The notes: generated by a model from the sequence alone, not told the origin. DNA of 64,000 bases from Octopus sinensis (GCF_006345805.1 NC_043013.1:28582001-28646000), one strand, 5' to 3'. Shown: positions 37,990 through 52,962, counted from the stretch's first letter. Translations and numbers: made by a program.

Positions 37990-38880
37990 CTGCAGCAGTA
38001 ACGATGACAACAATGATGATGATAATGATGATGATTACGATGTTGGCAGTGGTGGTGATGGTGGTGGTTGTGATGATGATAATGATGATGATTATGATGA
38101 TGGTGGTGATGGTGGTGGTGGTGATGGTGGTAATCTGGTGGTTGTGATAATGATGATAATGATGATGATCATGATGATCATGATGGCTCAGAAGGTGATG
38201 ATGATGAGGATATTGATGTAGATTATGATGTTGAAGATGACTATGATGATGATGATGGTGGTGTTGATGATGATTATGATGATGGTTTTGATTTTGATGA
38301 TGATGACGATGATGAAGGCAACAATAGTGGAAATGATGATAATGCAGTTATGATAATAGTGACGATAATGGTGATGCATTTCGCCTTCCTTATTTTCTTC
38401 CTTTCTCATTTGTCCTTTTCATTCAATGATGATGATGATGATGATCTTGACAACAGGGAAAGTTGTACTGGGGGTAGTTGTGATGACAACAATGCGATTA
38501 GTGACAATCACAACAACGACGATGACGATGACGCTTGCTATTGTGCAGTGATGGGGGTGGGGTGGGGACGAACTGCTGATGTGTAATGATAATGATGATG
38601 ATGATGATGATAATGACAATGATGATGACGATGATGACAATGATGATGATGATACTAATGATGATGACGATGATGACAATGATGATGATGATGATGGTAA
38701 TGATGATGACGATGATGACAATGATGATGATGAGGGTAATGATGATGACTATGATGACAATAATGATGATGATGATGGTAATGATGATGATGATGACAAT
38801 GAGGATGACAATGATGAGAATGATAAGGACGATGATGATGACAACGACGACGACGATAATGATGGTTATAACGATGAAGT
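37990..38880. repeat. (GAT/GGT)n trinucleotide tracts
   Basis: Visible; source of the poly-D/M/S ORFs. Confidence 0.9.
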
Positions 38881-39873
38881 GATGTTGCATCCTACATTTA
38901 CTTTTTTCAACTCCCCCCCCTTTCCCCCCTCTCGTTTGTGTCCCTCTCTCTTCTCTTTCTCCCTTTGAAACAATTGAATTTTTGGTTTCCCATTGGTATG
39001 TAAGTTGATAGGGAGTTCGAAGTTGATGGTGAGTGATTATTTATGGGATTCTAATCTATCAAAGGCTTTTTGAATGCATTGGGATACCACTGAAACAACC
39101 ATTGCCAACGTCTCTACCACCACCACCACCACCACCACCACCACGACTACTACTACTGTCATCTCATCCCCCACCCAACCCAAACAAGCCCAAACCACTC
39201 CATGTTTGACCTGTGGCCCAACTGCATCAAGTGTAATCTATACGTTCCACTTTAATTACAAATGTTGTCCCCTTTGCCTACCATGGAGGTTACAATTGTC
39301 CAACATGTTAGGGGCTGCTATTTTAATTGGCAATTAATTACTTAATTGCAAGATTAATTGATAATGTTCACAACTGAAACATACACCCCTACCATGCGAG
39401 TACACACACACACACACACCACACACACACAGACACTCGCACTGACAGACACGCACACACATAGACAGACTGACATATACAGACAGACAGAAACATCCAG
39501 AGAGACAGGCAGACACACCCAGACAGACAGACACAGATAGACATACAGACAGACGCACATACAGACAGACACACATACACACAGACAGGCAGGCAGACAG
39601 ACAGATAGACAAACAAACAAACACACACACACACAAATACGCACCTACACTGATGCAGATTATTTAGTGATTATGTAGGCACAGGTGTGGTTGTGTGGTT
39701 AAGAGGTTTGCTTCCCAACGACATGTTTCTGGGTTCAGTCCCTCTGTGTGGAATTTTGGCTAAGTGTCTTTTACTATAGTCCCAGGCCAACCAAGCCTTC
39801 ATGAATGGATTTGGAGGATAGAAACTGAAAGAAGCTCATTGTATGCGCACACACACAACTCATATTTATATAT

Positions 39874-40075
39874 AGGGAGAGTTTATGAAAAAAACAAAAG
39901 ATGAAGATAGGTGGTGTACAAAACAAACAGATGTATTAGTATAATGCTCAGGAAAGAAAATGTCTTTTACGTTTCGAGCCTACGCTCTTCTACAGAAAGG
40001 GACACAGAAAAAAAACAAGGAGAGAAACAAGGAGAGAAAAAAACGTGTATAGTGGCTAATGATCTATCATGGCAA
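39874..40075 (-). mobile_element. Family HH-C element
   Basis: Homologous to 7885-8040; starts after a TA run. Confidence 0.7.
39964..39999 (-). ncRNA. Minimal hammerhead with variant core (HH-C)
   Basis: Minus: cttt-CTGTAGA-a-gagc gtag gctc-GAAAC-GTA-aaag. All stems pair; core A6 is replaced by U. Confidence 0.7.
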
Positions 40076-40354
40076 CTGACTGCTGGACAGAAGGGTCACA
40101 CAAGAGAGCAAAGAAGTAGGGGAGATAACAAAGTAAAGATGACCCCCCCCCAACACACAATGGTGTGTGTATAAGAGAGAATGTATGTGCATGTGAAAGA
40201 GGGCTGGTGGTCTGGATGTGTGCATGTATGTGTAGGTGTGAAAATGTGGGGATGGGATTATATATATATATATAATGATGGTAGAAAAAGCAGAGAAGGA
40301 GGAAGTCAAATGGGCATCCTTTGGAGGAAATCCAGGACTTTGTGTAGTAGTAGT

Positions 40355-40550
40355 AGTATTGCACCATTGTGGGTCTTGCCTGAGGAGATTGATAATTTTG
40401 GGTGACTGAAGTTTTTCCTGGCTCTGAAGAGGGAAGCTAATTTTTGACATGGAGTTTTGTTATTCTGAGAAAATGCATTTACCATGAAAGATCATCAGAA
40501 ATGGTGGAGCCAAGCATTTATTGCAGCTCTGAAGGTTCTGTATCTGTGCT
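40355..40550 (-). pseudogene. Decayed LINE (CR1/Jockey-group-like) RT C-terminal fragment
   Basis: Minus peptides LGSTISDDLSW*MH...QKLASLFRARKNFS with a frameshift. Confidence 0.6.
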
Positions 40551-41143
40551 TTTTATGTTTAGAGGCACGTGGGTGCAATGATTGAATCTGCGTGCATACA
40601 CATGTGTAATGCTTATTACCCAATTAAAGCAGGTTCAATGACCTTCTCCAAGACATACTGATGCACACACACACACACACACACATAAACACAGGAATAT
40701 ACATACATATATGTGTGTTTGCATACATATGCATTCATGCACCCACACATACATACATGCATACATATATACATACATAAGTGTGGGTATGTGTGTGTAT
40801 ATATTATATTATCGGCATAATTTTCCATCTGTTTGTCGTTGCTGGTGTGAGTTGGACAAGTCTTACAATGCCTCTCCACTCATCCGCAATCCAACGTCAC
40901 CTGGCACAAACAGCAGCAGAGACAAACATCCATCTTTGCTAATGTCTGTCTCTGTGTGATTTTTTTCCCTCTTAATACAAGCACATTCTTGCATGTATAA
41001 TCACACACACACACACACGCACACAAACACGCACACATATAAATTTAGATTCACACACACACATAGAACTCACTTGACACATTTATTATTTGACTGCAGG
41101 TTGAATAGCCTTCTCCAAGATACATTGACAGTAGAAGTAGAAA

Positions 41144-41187
<44 letters not shown>

Positions 41188-41411
41188 ATGGTGGTGGTGG
41201 TGGTAGTAGTAGTACACTCTCTCATAAAATACGTTGTTAAACTGAACATCTCTGAATAGATTATATAACAACACTTCTTGAGATAACTTCCTCAGGCATC
41301 CAGTTTTACCTTCCTACAAAACTATGATGCTGTCAAGGAGGTTTCTTCGTGATAGAAATAGCAGCTAAATCTTCTTTCATTCACACCGTGCCTTCAAGTA
41401 CAAATTGGATT

Positions 41412-41569
41412 ATGAGTGACTGTGTGGTAAGAAGCATGTTTCCCAACCACATGGTTCTGGGTTCAGTCTCACTGTGTGGCATCTTGCGCGAGTGTCTTCT
41501 AATATAGCTTTGGGCTGACCAAAGCCTTGTGAGTGGATTTGGTAGATGGAAACTGAAAGAAGCCAGCCG

Positions 41570-41625
<56 letters not shown>

Positions 41626-41840
41626 ATGTTTGTGCGTTTGTGTTTGTCTCCCCACCATCGCTTGACAACCGATGTTGGTGTGTTTACGTCCCCGTATCTT
41701 AGCAGTTTGGCAAAAAAGACCGATAGAATAAATACTAGGCTTACAAAGAATAAGTCTTGGGGTCAATTTGTTCCACTAAAAGCGGTGCTCCAGCATGGCT
41801 GCAGTCAAATGACTGAAACAAATAAAAGAAAAAAGAATAA
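41412..41840 (+). mobile_element. SINE family A
   Basis: Homologous to the other copies. Confidence 0.9.
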
Positions 41841-42817
41841 ATATATATATATTTTTTTTGGTTTCAGTTATTAGGTTGTGGACATACTGGAACACTGTTT
41901 TTATTTATCACATCACCCTCAGTAGACACATTTTATTTTTCCTGTTTGTTGAACTGCTAAGTTATGAGATAAAAATGGACATACATAAACAACACCAACT
42001 GCGATATATGATGCAAGCATAAACAGCGACATCAACTTATTTATGTGCACATAAAGCACAGAGGAGGTAATAAAAAATTAGGATGATGGACAGTATGCAG
42101 TTCTTGAGATGACCTGTTCAAATTAGCGAAACCGAGTCCTGAAAGTGCTCTGTGTGTGTGTGTGTGTGTGCATCATCATCATCATCATCATCATCATTTA
42201 ATTCTGTTGTCTATGTCCTTCTTAGCACCAATCATCATCATCATCATAATCACCATCCTCATTGTTTAGTGTCCTCTTTCCATGCTGGCATGGGTTGGAC
42301 GGTTTGACATGGAGCTGGCCAGCTGAGGAGCTGTCCAGACCCCAACTGTATGTTGTGGCATGGTTTCTACAGCTGGATGCCTTTCCTAATGCCAACCACT
42401 TCACACAGTGTGTTGTGTGCTTTTTATGTACCACCGGCATGGGTGCATTTACGCAGCACTGGCACAGTTGTGTCAATACAACACTGACACGGGTGTTTTT
42501 TATGTGATACTCACACCTGAAAGGACAAGCCTGCTCTATGTGTGGAAGACAGAAGCACAACTGGCCCCTTCACCCAGTTTCCTCCTCAATATACCCCTGC
42601 CAAGTGACAGCGCATTGCTTAGTGGTTAAGGTCTCTCGATCCCCATGGAGCACGGAGGTTAAATGATGATGATAGGTATATGTATTCCATCATTTTAACA
42701 TCTGCTTTTCCATTCTTGTATGAGTCTGACCAATTTTGTTGTGGCAGATTTTCTATAAATGAGAGGCTCTTCCTGTCACCAACCCTCACTCATTTCCATG
42801 CAAAGCAACACTTTCTT

Positions 42818-43107
42818 CTTTACTCTCTTTTACTTGTTTCAGTCATTTGACTGCGGCCATGCTGGAGCACTGCCTTTAGTTGAGGAGATCGACCCCAGGA
42901 CTATGTAAGCCTAGTACTTATTCTATCGGCTTTTTTTTGCTGAACCGCTAAGTTACAGGAAACCACCACCATCGGTTGTCAAGTGATGTTGGGGGGACAA
43001 ACACAGACACACAAACATATGCATACACATACATATATATATATGTATACATACATATATATGACGGGCTTCTTTCAGTTTCTGTCTACCAAATCCACTC
43101 ACAAGGC
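42818..43107 (-). mobile_element. SINE family A, partial
   Basis: Homologous to the other copies. Confidence 0.85.
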
Positions 43108-43361
43108 TCTATACATACATATATGTATGTATGTATATAGAGAGAGAGATCAAGTAGGTACTGTAAATTTAGAGTGAATACTTGATAAGTGTAAGCACAT
43201 GTATATGCCAGATAGTGGCAGAGGTGAGAGAGTATATATCAAATATAAATGGAAAACAGAACACAAAGGATATCGCGGTATATATATATATAGAGAGAGA
43301 GAGAAGGGGGAGAAATAGATAAGTAGATAGATTGATAGATACACACACACACATACATATA

Positions 43362-43413
<52 letters not shown>

Positions 43414-43507
43414 TATATACATATACATACACATATATACACATATACATACATACATACATACATACATAGATATATATATATATATACATTAGATTGA
43501 TAGATAG

Positions 43508-43540
<33 letters not shown>

Positions 43541-45015
43541 CATACACACATATATACATATACATACATACATACATGCATACATACATACATACATATG
43601 TATATATATATAAATATATATACATATATATACACATATATACATATACATACATACATACATACATACATACATACATGTATATATAGATTAGGTTGAT
43701 AGATAGACACATACACACATGCTCTCTGGTTCCACTTTGCTATAGCAGAGTACCAATACCCAGTTATTAAAACTCACTACACTTATACTTGATGTTGTTA
43801 GTAAGAAGATACAAACTGTCTGGCACTCTGTGCACCAGACTCTTGTATGACAACAGGTCAATACAGATTACACAATTAATTAATAAATCAATGACAAAAG
43901 AACAAGAGTTATGTAATCGCTGTAAGCTAATGAAAATGGTTATGTAATTCCTGTCTTTTATTTTTGTCCTTGCATTTGAAATATGTTATAGATTGTAGAC
44001 TAGCAAAATATCTATTGGTCTGTGTTCTTTAATTAATCTATTTCTTTGAAGTTTGGGTCTGGGTGTTCCTTACATTATTATTATTTTCTGTTTCATGTAT
44101 TGCTAACGTGTGTTTTTGACTAGGTTCAATATTTTTTGTTCAATACCTCTTGTTTGTAAGTGCATTTTAAGTTCTATAATTTTTGAGGTGGCAACATCTA
44201 TTTTGGAGATATTTCCATGTCTTTTTTTTTATGTTGTATTTTAAATTTCTGTGCTTTGTAGTCATAAATGTGAAATGATTTATGTTCGAGATTTGAAGTT
44301 TGTATTTATAATAATGATAATCAAGTGTAGATGTGATGGACATATTACACTAATATTTCACTCCTACTTCTTGTCTGTTACTTCCAAGGCAGTGTTTATG
44401 TTTTCTATGCTGTTGTCACTGCTAGAATGAATGGTACTGCCCAAGTATCAAAACAATAATGATATCTGATAGGCAGCTGATGATAGAAGTATACATTTGA
44501 TCTGCTTGTTACCTGTGAATCTTTTATGTCATATGTTCTCATTCTTTTAAATTGTGCTTCATTCTTGTAAGATTAAACTTGTTAAGGAGTTCTTGCTTTC
44601 ATATATCATACCATATTAATGTTGCATGATGGTCCTTCACAAGGATTCTAATTCTGGCTAGGGTAATACTTATTTAAGGATCTCTAGGTTATGGAGGTTT
44701 TGTTGCACACACACACACACGCGCGAAGGATTTAGCAAAGCTTCTGTCTATTAAATTCCAGCAACAAAGCAATGGTCAACTGAGGTTAGACTACGATAGT
44801 ATGCAAATACATGTATCTGAGGTGGCATATAGCAGGATTGAACTAGAAATCATGTAATTTCAAAGTAAACTTCTTCACAATACAACTATGACTGGTACAA
44901 AAAACAAACAAAAAAACCCCCCAAAAAATCCTACATGAATGGCTACAGCTGGGTTGTCTTTGATTATAGTTCTACCTGAGCTTAACAACAACAACAACAA
45001 CAACTGTCAGCTTGA

Positions 45016-45246
45016 CCCTTTTAGCATTTAGATTATTCAGTCAAGTGTGCAATACTTATTTATTCATATTGTTTTGAATTAATCATACATTATCTGAAGG
45101 CTTTGAGATTTCGATGATGTGATTGTATATTTTCTAGAATGGCATTGTAGAGTAGGTGTGAGAAGTCAGAGCTGGCCAGTTTGAACATAACATAAAACAA
45201 GTAGAATATACAGGCAGGATATATGGCTGGTTTAAATGCTAAAGGG
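45016..45246. mobile_element. piggyBac-like MITE
   Basis: ttga|cccttttagcattt ... aaatgctaaaggg|ttaa; opposite-orientation copy at 50523-50742. Confidence 0.75.
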
Positions 45247-45389
45247 TTAAGCTCCATCTGTCACCCTTTTTACTCCTTTCAAATTTTCTTTTGAAAACAA
45301 ACTGTATCTCCAATTCAAACCTATGACCACTACTGCTGCTGCTGCTGCTACTGCTGCTGCTGCTACTGCTGCTGCTGCTGCTGCTGCTG

Positions 45390-45420
<31 letters not shown>

Positions 45421-45951
45421 CACTACTACTACTACCACCAACATTCTTTATCTATAGTATTTTATTCTACTCTCACTCATCATATAATAAATGTCAGTTT
45501 TTCAGGACCATGCCCCCAACACCTCTCTCTCTCCCCTCTTCCTCCAACCTGAAATTAGATTTTTCCTTAATGATTATGGTGGATTTCCTAAGATCTCCAC
45601 CACAATCCTGCTCTCTCAAAAATATTTAATCATCAGGTTACAATTTTTGGGTTTACACTTGGAATAACTTTCATTTCTTTTATTTACAAGCTTTGATAAC
45701 ATTTCGTTTGAATGGTGCTTGTGCACATGTGCACATTATAACTGACTGACTGCATTGTCTGCAGATAAACAACATCTATCTCTTGTCTTCAGAATTCCTT
45801 CTCCTGCATTGTTCTTGGTAGGTTAATCTTCAGTCATCCAGAGCTCTCAATAAATGTCCTGGCAAGATGACTCTTAGGTTGCTTTCTATGTGTTGGTTCC
45901 TACATCAGCATTTGACTCACTACCTTACCCTTGCTACTAAACCAAATATTC

Positions 45952-46385
45952 TTTTCTACTCTAGGCACAATATCTGACATTGTAGGGGAGGGGGCCAGTT
46001 GATTAGATCAATCCCAGTATGCAACAGGTACTTAAGTTACTGAACCCCAAAAGGATGAAAGGCAAAGTCGACCTCAGCGGAATTTGAACTCATAACATAA
46101 AGACAGATGAAATACCACTAAGCATTTCACCTGGCATGCTAACGATTCTGTCAGTTCACCGCCTTAATAATCATTTCTACTCTAGGCACAAGGGCTGAAA
46201 TTTTTGAGAAGGTGGGAGCCAGTTGATTAGATTGGCCCCAGTACGTAACTAGTACTTAATTTATTGACCTTCAAAAGGATGAAAAATCAAAGTCGACCTT
46301 GGTGGAATTTTAATACAGAACAGATGAAATACCACTAAGCATTTCGCCTGGCATGCTAATGTTTCTGTCTGTTCACTGCTTAACT
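45952..46385 (-). mobile_element. Two tandem SINE family B copies
   Basis: ttctactctaggcacaa...aaggatgaaa..caaagtcgacct...agcatttc.cctggcatgctaa occurs twice. Confidence 0.85.
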
Positions 46386-46424
46386 AAAGCAATATTCACA
46401 GAATCTTTGTGTTGTTTTATGGTG

Positions 46425-46751
46425 GAGATAATTCTTGGAAGAATTACAGCAGTTGGAGTTGGAAGTTCTCCATCATCCACCATACTCATCTGATCTTGCT
46501 CCCACTGACTACCACTTCTTCCAGAATTTGGATAGCTTTTTGATAGGAAAAAAATTTAATTCCAACAATGCTGGAAACAAGCCTTCCAAGATTTTATTGA
46601 CTCTAGATTGCCAGGCTTTTACAGTTCCAGGCTGGACAAGCTACCGCTGAAATGGCGGTATACTTTGACGAAAAGAACTATTCCTCGTATTTATAAAACA
46701 TTAGTAAACTTTTTTTCCTTTTCTACAAATTTCATACTTGATGACCTAATA
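46425..46751 (+). mobile_element. Mariner 3' fragment with transposase C-terminus and TIR
   Basis: EVLHHPPYSSDLAPTDYHFFQNLD motif; ends ...acttgatgacctaata. Confidence 0.88.
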
Positions 46752-47082
46752 TATATCCCTTGAAAGTCGATATGGCCCTTGGGGGTCAGTATGGCCCTTG
46801 GGGGTCAATATGGCCCTTGGGGGTTGATATGGCCCTTGGGGGTCCTTGTGGCCCTTTGAGGTCCATATGAGATTTTGTTGCTAAAATCTATGAGCAATAA
46901 ATTGCTTATACGTCTAACAATATACAAAATATTTTAACAATTTCTTTTAATGCAATCCCTAATAAAATTAAATTATAAAAATACAACAGGATTTTTCAAA
47001 CATTGAATGACTTTGAAGGTCCACTGGAGTAAAATAAAAATCAAAGTGGTCCATAGATAAAAAATGGTTGAGAACCTCCCCT
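46752..47082. mobile_element. hAT-like MITE fragment with 19-bp tandem repeats
   Basis: tatggcccttgggggtca(g/a) starts at 46771, 46790, 46809, 46828 and 46847; end ggtccatagataaaaaatggttgagaacctcccctg. Confidence 0.6.
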
Positions 47083-47157
47083 GAAGACTGATATTTTATT
47101 TTATCAACCCTAGAGAGAATGCAAATCTGACCTTAATATGATTTGAACTCTTGAACA

Positions 47158-47331
47158 TAGGAGTGGCTGTGTGGTAAGAAACTTGCTTCCCAGTGACATG
47201 GTTCCGGGTTCAATCCCATTGCATGGCACCTTGGGCAAGTGTCTTCTACTGTAGCCTCGGGCCGACCAAAGCCTTGTGAGTGGATTTAGTAGATAGAAAC
47301 TGAAAGAAGCCCGTTGTATATATATATATAT

Positions 47332-47385
<54 letters not shown>

Positions 47386-47585
47386 TGTATCTGTGTTTGT
47401 ACCCCCACCATCGCTTGACAACTGATGTTAGTGTGTTTACATCCTATAACTTAGCGATTCGGAAAAAGAGACTGCTAGAATAAGTACTAGGCTTACAAAG
47501 GAATAAGTCCTGGGGTCGATTCATTCGACTAAAGGCAGTGCTCCAGCATGGCCACAGTCAGACGACTGAAACAAGTAAAATAAAG
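47158..47585 (+). mobile_element. SINE family A
   Basis: Homologous to the other copies. Confidence 0.9.
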
Positions 47586-47974
47586 ACCTGGAACAAAATA
47601 TGCTAGGCATTTCATCCAATACTCTTGTGATTCTGCCAGTTTATCACCATTTCTTTTTTGCAGCTAATGATGTTTTATTCTTTGGGCTTCTAGCATTCTG
47701 ACCCCTCAACTGTCTTTCGGAAGAACCACTTAAAGTAGTTCCTTGTTTTCTTATAGTTGGGTTGTAAAGTGGGGAGCTGGAACTTTGTATTTCACCTTCT
47801 TTTTCTGTTATATTCCTACAGATGCATCTCTCTCACATGTAGAAATATATACACCCACTCATGATTATTTGCATAGCAATATAATGGCTAATAAAAAAAA
47901 AAATATCATGCCCTCAGTTGATATTCTTTTTATACGACTGCTTTATTTTAATGGCGCGCATTAAAAAATATGTA

Positions 47975-48036
47975 ATAACCATCACAACAGCAACAACAAT
48001 ATTAGTAATAATAGTAATAACAACAACAACAAGTGA

Positions 48037-48095
<59 letters not shown>

Positions 48096-48167
48096 ATAGT
48101 AACAACAGCAACAACACCAACACTACCACCATCAACAATAATAACAACAATAATAATAACAATAACT

Positions 48168-48198
<31 letters not shown>

Positions 48199-48306
48199 TA
48201 ATAATAATAATGACAGTAATAACAATAACAACAACAACAACAATAATAACAATGACAATAATAACAATGACAATAATAACAATGACAATAACAACAACAA
48301 CAACAG

Positions 48307-48337
<31 letters not shown>

Positions 48338-48352
48338 AATGATGGTAATAAT
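47975..48352. repeat. Compound (AGT)(GGT)(AAC/AAT)n microsatellite
   Basis: Visible directly. Confidence 0.9.
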
Positions 48353-50522
48353 CATCGAAAACATTTTGATATCTCAAAAATTTTAAAAGTTTGTCTCAAT
48401 TTTCTGACCTGATTGATACGTGTTGTGTTTCCTTAGGGGAAGATCTAGAAATTTCATTACTTTAGCAATATGCTTTCAACTACACGCTAATAAAACACAC
48501 GCTCCCAAGCAGAAATAAATAAATAAATAAATAAATAAATAAATATTAACGTCTTCTTTTTTTTATTTGTTGTCGATGTTGTTTTGGTAAAATATATGTG
48601 GAAAGCATGAAGGAAAAGAAAAATCTTCAGATTTATTGCTTGTTTTTTTTTCTCTGTTTTTTTTTTCTTCCTTATTTTTCGCAAATGTTCAATATTGATG
48701 GATATACTTTTGGGCTATTTTATGTATTTATTTATTTAGATCATACATTTGGTAAACAATAGTTCTATTGGTTCCAGGTTTCCAGTGGATGGGTCAATTA
48801 CTGTAACATGGGAGGAACAATTATCACATAGGGTACTCTTCTTCCAATGCACACCTTTTTTTTAGTCAAAGTTTTGGTCACAAACACACAGACCTAGATA
48901 CATATGTTATTCCGTTTTTATAGTCTATTTTTGGTTTCAATCATTGGTTGTGGCCATGCTGGGGCACTGCCTGTCATGGTTTTAGTTTACAGGGACAGGT
49001 TAATAAGCTTCTTTCCCAACCACATGGTTTCAGTTCCAATGCTTGGCACTTTGAGCTAGTGTCTTCCTCTATAGCCTCTGGTCAATCAAAATTTTGTGAA
49101 TGGATTTGGTAAAGAGAATCTAGAAGTCCTTTGTGTGTCTGTTTGTATGTGTGTATATATGACAGCAATGATATTACGCCTCTATTTTGGCTTGCTTGCA
49201 TTGATGGAGTGTTTTACTATTACTGTTATCATCTTCATTATTATTATTGAGTGTGAGAGCGATGCATGCCGTCAAAGTGACACAGGGGTGCAAATATATA
49301 AAACCCAATATACTCATCATGACTTCCCATCTGATAAAGGTACACCAGGCACACCCATCACAACTATATGTGCACGAAATAGTGACCTTATATCAAGACA
49401 AACAGTGCATGACCTTACAGGTGGGGCTCAGAATTTTCTTCTGGTCGAGTAGTCCATCCCACTCAAAAGGTCCCCGAATAAGGTTTGTTTAAGGACGATG
49501 AACAAAACACCCATGTTTCCAGAAGCGAATTATTCAAACCCCAAAGAATTCATCTCAATGCATGGCTGTGATACCCCGCCCTACTTATGCTTGTGATCAG
49601 AGATGCACATATTGTCAGCCACTAAGGGACATGCTCAACTGGTTATGGTTAAGCAACTGACAAGAAAATCTGTGGTATTGAGCAGAATGTTATTATTATT
49701 ATCATCATTATTATTCACCCATGCCAGCATGGAAGGCGGATGTTAAATGATGATGATCATGATAATTGTTATTATTATTTCTGTTTACCTCTCAGAGCTC
49801 TCGATTTTACTTGCTCTGGTTAATTCTGTAAGAACAGAACTACTATTTATGTATGTGTGTGAGGTGTACTATGAGGTGTAAATGGATGAGATTGATAGAC
49901 TAGGGTCTTTTCCCCTAGGCTGACCCATTTCATAGATGCTAATGTAGAATCATTCAGATGTTTGGAAAAAATCCAAAATCTGGGATGCTACTGACTCCAA
50001 ACATTTTCGATAAAAGGTTATTGACTGTAATAAAAGTTTAAATACATTGGTTTCTTCTCTTCTTAACAATGTCCAGTAAATTCATTAAGGTAAATTCATC
50101 ATGGATAATTATATCGAGGTAATTACTTTGCCTGTAATTTCATCACCTGATAATTTTGTCACAATTAAATTTACTACACTGGCCAATACATTGTCTGTAA
50201 AGTCACTGCCATGCCAAACATTTTATCGCTAAATTCATTCTCACGCTTTTTATCTGCAGATAAATATATTACTAAACATTATTTAAAGTTTTAACTCGGA
50301 GAGTAAATAAAATTCATTGCATTTCATTAACAACATGGAAGAAAATCAAAGACCACATTGGTATCAAGTTTACTCATTATTCAGTATCGACATGAAAAAT
50401 CAATCAAAGTTATTTTTAAAAATAGAATCACAAAATAATTTGGTAAAAAAAGATAACACCGGTATAAATTGAAGGAAGGAATAGACATTCTAAGAAGACA
50501 ACTCATAAGCACTGTCTTGTAA

Positions 50523-50742
50523 CTCTTTAGTATTTAAACTGGCCGTATCAAGCCCCAAAATTCTCCTTATTTTATGTTAAAACTGTCCAGATCCAGTCTC
50601 TCACATTTGCCATGCAATGTCATTCTAAAAACACACAATCACATTATTGAAATCTTGAAGCTATGAGCATATACATGATTGATTTCAAACAATGTAAATA
50701 AATCATCATAACATTTGACAGAGTAACCAGAATGTTAAAGGG
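50523..50742. mobile_element. piggyBac-like MITE, second copy
   Basis: Reverse-complement homologue of 45016-45246; ends aaaggg|ttaa. Confidence 0.7.
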
Positions 50743-52430
50743 TTAAATAATATAGTTTCGATACCCAGCAATAATGGGTTCAATTCCTGTTGTGCTATCT
50801 TTATATTTCATTTTGTGATATAGCAATATTACTTAAGCACTTCTCTGTGGAGCATAGGCTATTGATGTGTTTTCTTCACTGAGCTGCTGTTTCTTCTGCT
50901 TCTCTTCAGCTGGATCCTTGCTTTTCCATGCAACTTCCTTTTCAGTTTTGCTGCATCATTTGAGATGTTTAGTAACAGAGTGTCATAAGTGTCACCCTGG
51001 CCATTTTTGAGATGAGTATATCATTTTCTCTGTTTCAATGCCTAGAATCTGAAAGAGTTGGGAGGAAGAAATGGTGAGGCTTCCAATAAGGTTGAAAATC
51101 CAGCTGAAAAACCTTTTACCCTGACGCTATTGACACGACACTTGCTCACCCAAACTTGGACCAGAAAGTTTAGTAACACACCATTGTAAGCACGCATGCT
51201 CAAAGAATAAGTTTGGTGTGATCCCTGTATTGTTTTATGAGGTGTTATTATTTCTTAATATTCCTTGTCACCATTATAACGATAGTGGGTTATTATCTTG
51301 CTATCTTATCTTACCTCTTAAAGATACTTACCTTGGTATATTAAAACACTAGCAATACTTTTGTGGGTATCTTTGTATATTTTATCTAGGTATTATGGCT
51401 AAAATATGCCATGCGATACACCATTTCATAGTACTGGTATATTCTACAAAATGAGAAAGACACAGTCATTGTTTCTTCTTTCAAATGCATACGTAAATAA
51501 ATAATTTTACATAGGTGGAATAATTAGAGGAGGTCTTCACAGTCATTTTAAGACCAAAACCAGCATCCTAACTTCATTCATTGCCAGGATACTGCATTCT
51601 GAAAGTTTCAAAACTTTGACTGCATTTTTCTTGGTTTTTAAGTTGTGGCACTTATGATGGTCTGTTACTAAACCCCTCATTTCATGTTTCCCTGAGGGAA
51701 GGCCTCCCTCTTCCAGATCTCTTTGGTTTTGAATTGTCATCAATGCTTTCATAACTTTGCTTTTTGCAAAATGCAAATCCATTTTTGTCTCTGGGAAGAG
51801 GTGGCCCATATTGATCTGGCCTCTGTCCTTTGACCTGACCCACATGGGAGGCCTTACCAGCTGGGTGATTGGTGTTAGGAAGAGCATCCAATCGTAAAAT
51901 CCCTGCCAAAACAGTCACAGAAGTCTGGTGCAGGCTCCTGCCTGGCCGGTTGCTGTCAAACCACCCAACCCATGCCAACATGGAAGTCAGATGTTAAATG
52001 ACGATGATGATGATGATGATGATAATGATGTACAGATGGTGTAGTTATATTGAAATACATGAATAAATAAATAACAAGTATCTTGTTGCAATGAGGTAGT
52101 GTGGAATCCATGGAGATGGAGGTGAATTCTTTTGTCTGACAGAATCATTTGATTGGTTAGAATTCTGTAATATTACATAATATTGAGCTAACGAGGCAGC
52201 ATCTTCACTTGTGAAGATGCTTTCTGCCCTTAGGTAAATATTTGATTAATTTTTGCACCTGTAAAATGTAACATCATGTTTGAATATGAAAAAGACAAGG
52301 CGTGGGTGTGTGGTTAGAAGCGTGTTTCCTAACCACATGGTTTGGGGTTCAGTCCCACCGCATGGCACCTTGTGCAAGGGATCAAAACCTTGAGTTTATT
52401 TGGTAGAGAGAAACTCAAGAAAGTCTGCCA

Positions 52431-52496
52431 TATATGTATGTCTGTATGTATGCATGTATGTATGTATGTATGTATGTATGTATGTATGTATGTATG

Positions 52497-52532
<36 letters not shown>

Positions 52533-52542
52533 TGTATGTATG

Positions 52543-52576
<34 letters not shown>

Positions 52577-52770
52577 TGTATGTATGTATGTATGTATGTA
52601 TGTATGTATGTATGTATGTATGTGTGTATGTATGTATGTATGTATGTATGTATGTATGTATGTATGTGTGTATGTATGTATGTATGTATGTGTGTATGTA
52701 TGTATGTATGTATATATGTATGTGTGTATGTATGTATGTATGTATGTATGTATGTGTGTATGTATGTATG

Positions 52771-52804
<34 letters not shown>

Positions 52805-52838
52805 TGTATGTATGTATGTGTGTATGTATGTATGTATG

Positions 52839-52872
<34 letters not shown>

Positions 52873-52962
52873 TGTATGTGTGTATGTATGTATGTATGTA
52901 TATATGTGTGTATGTATGTATGTATGTATGTATATATGTATGTGTGTATGTATGTATGTATG

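Noticed and set aside
44050-44650. Possible decayed RTE RT (YLGSTI on the minus strand)
   Set aside because: A single short motif is too weak without a profile search.
46752-46866. Regular short repeats as a CRISPR array (also 6504-6572 and the family C sub-repeats)
   Set aside because: Contiguous tandem units without unique spacers, eukaryotic context, no cas genes.
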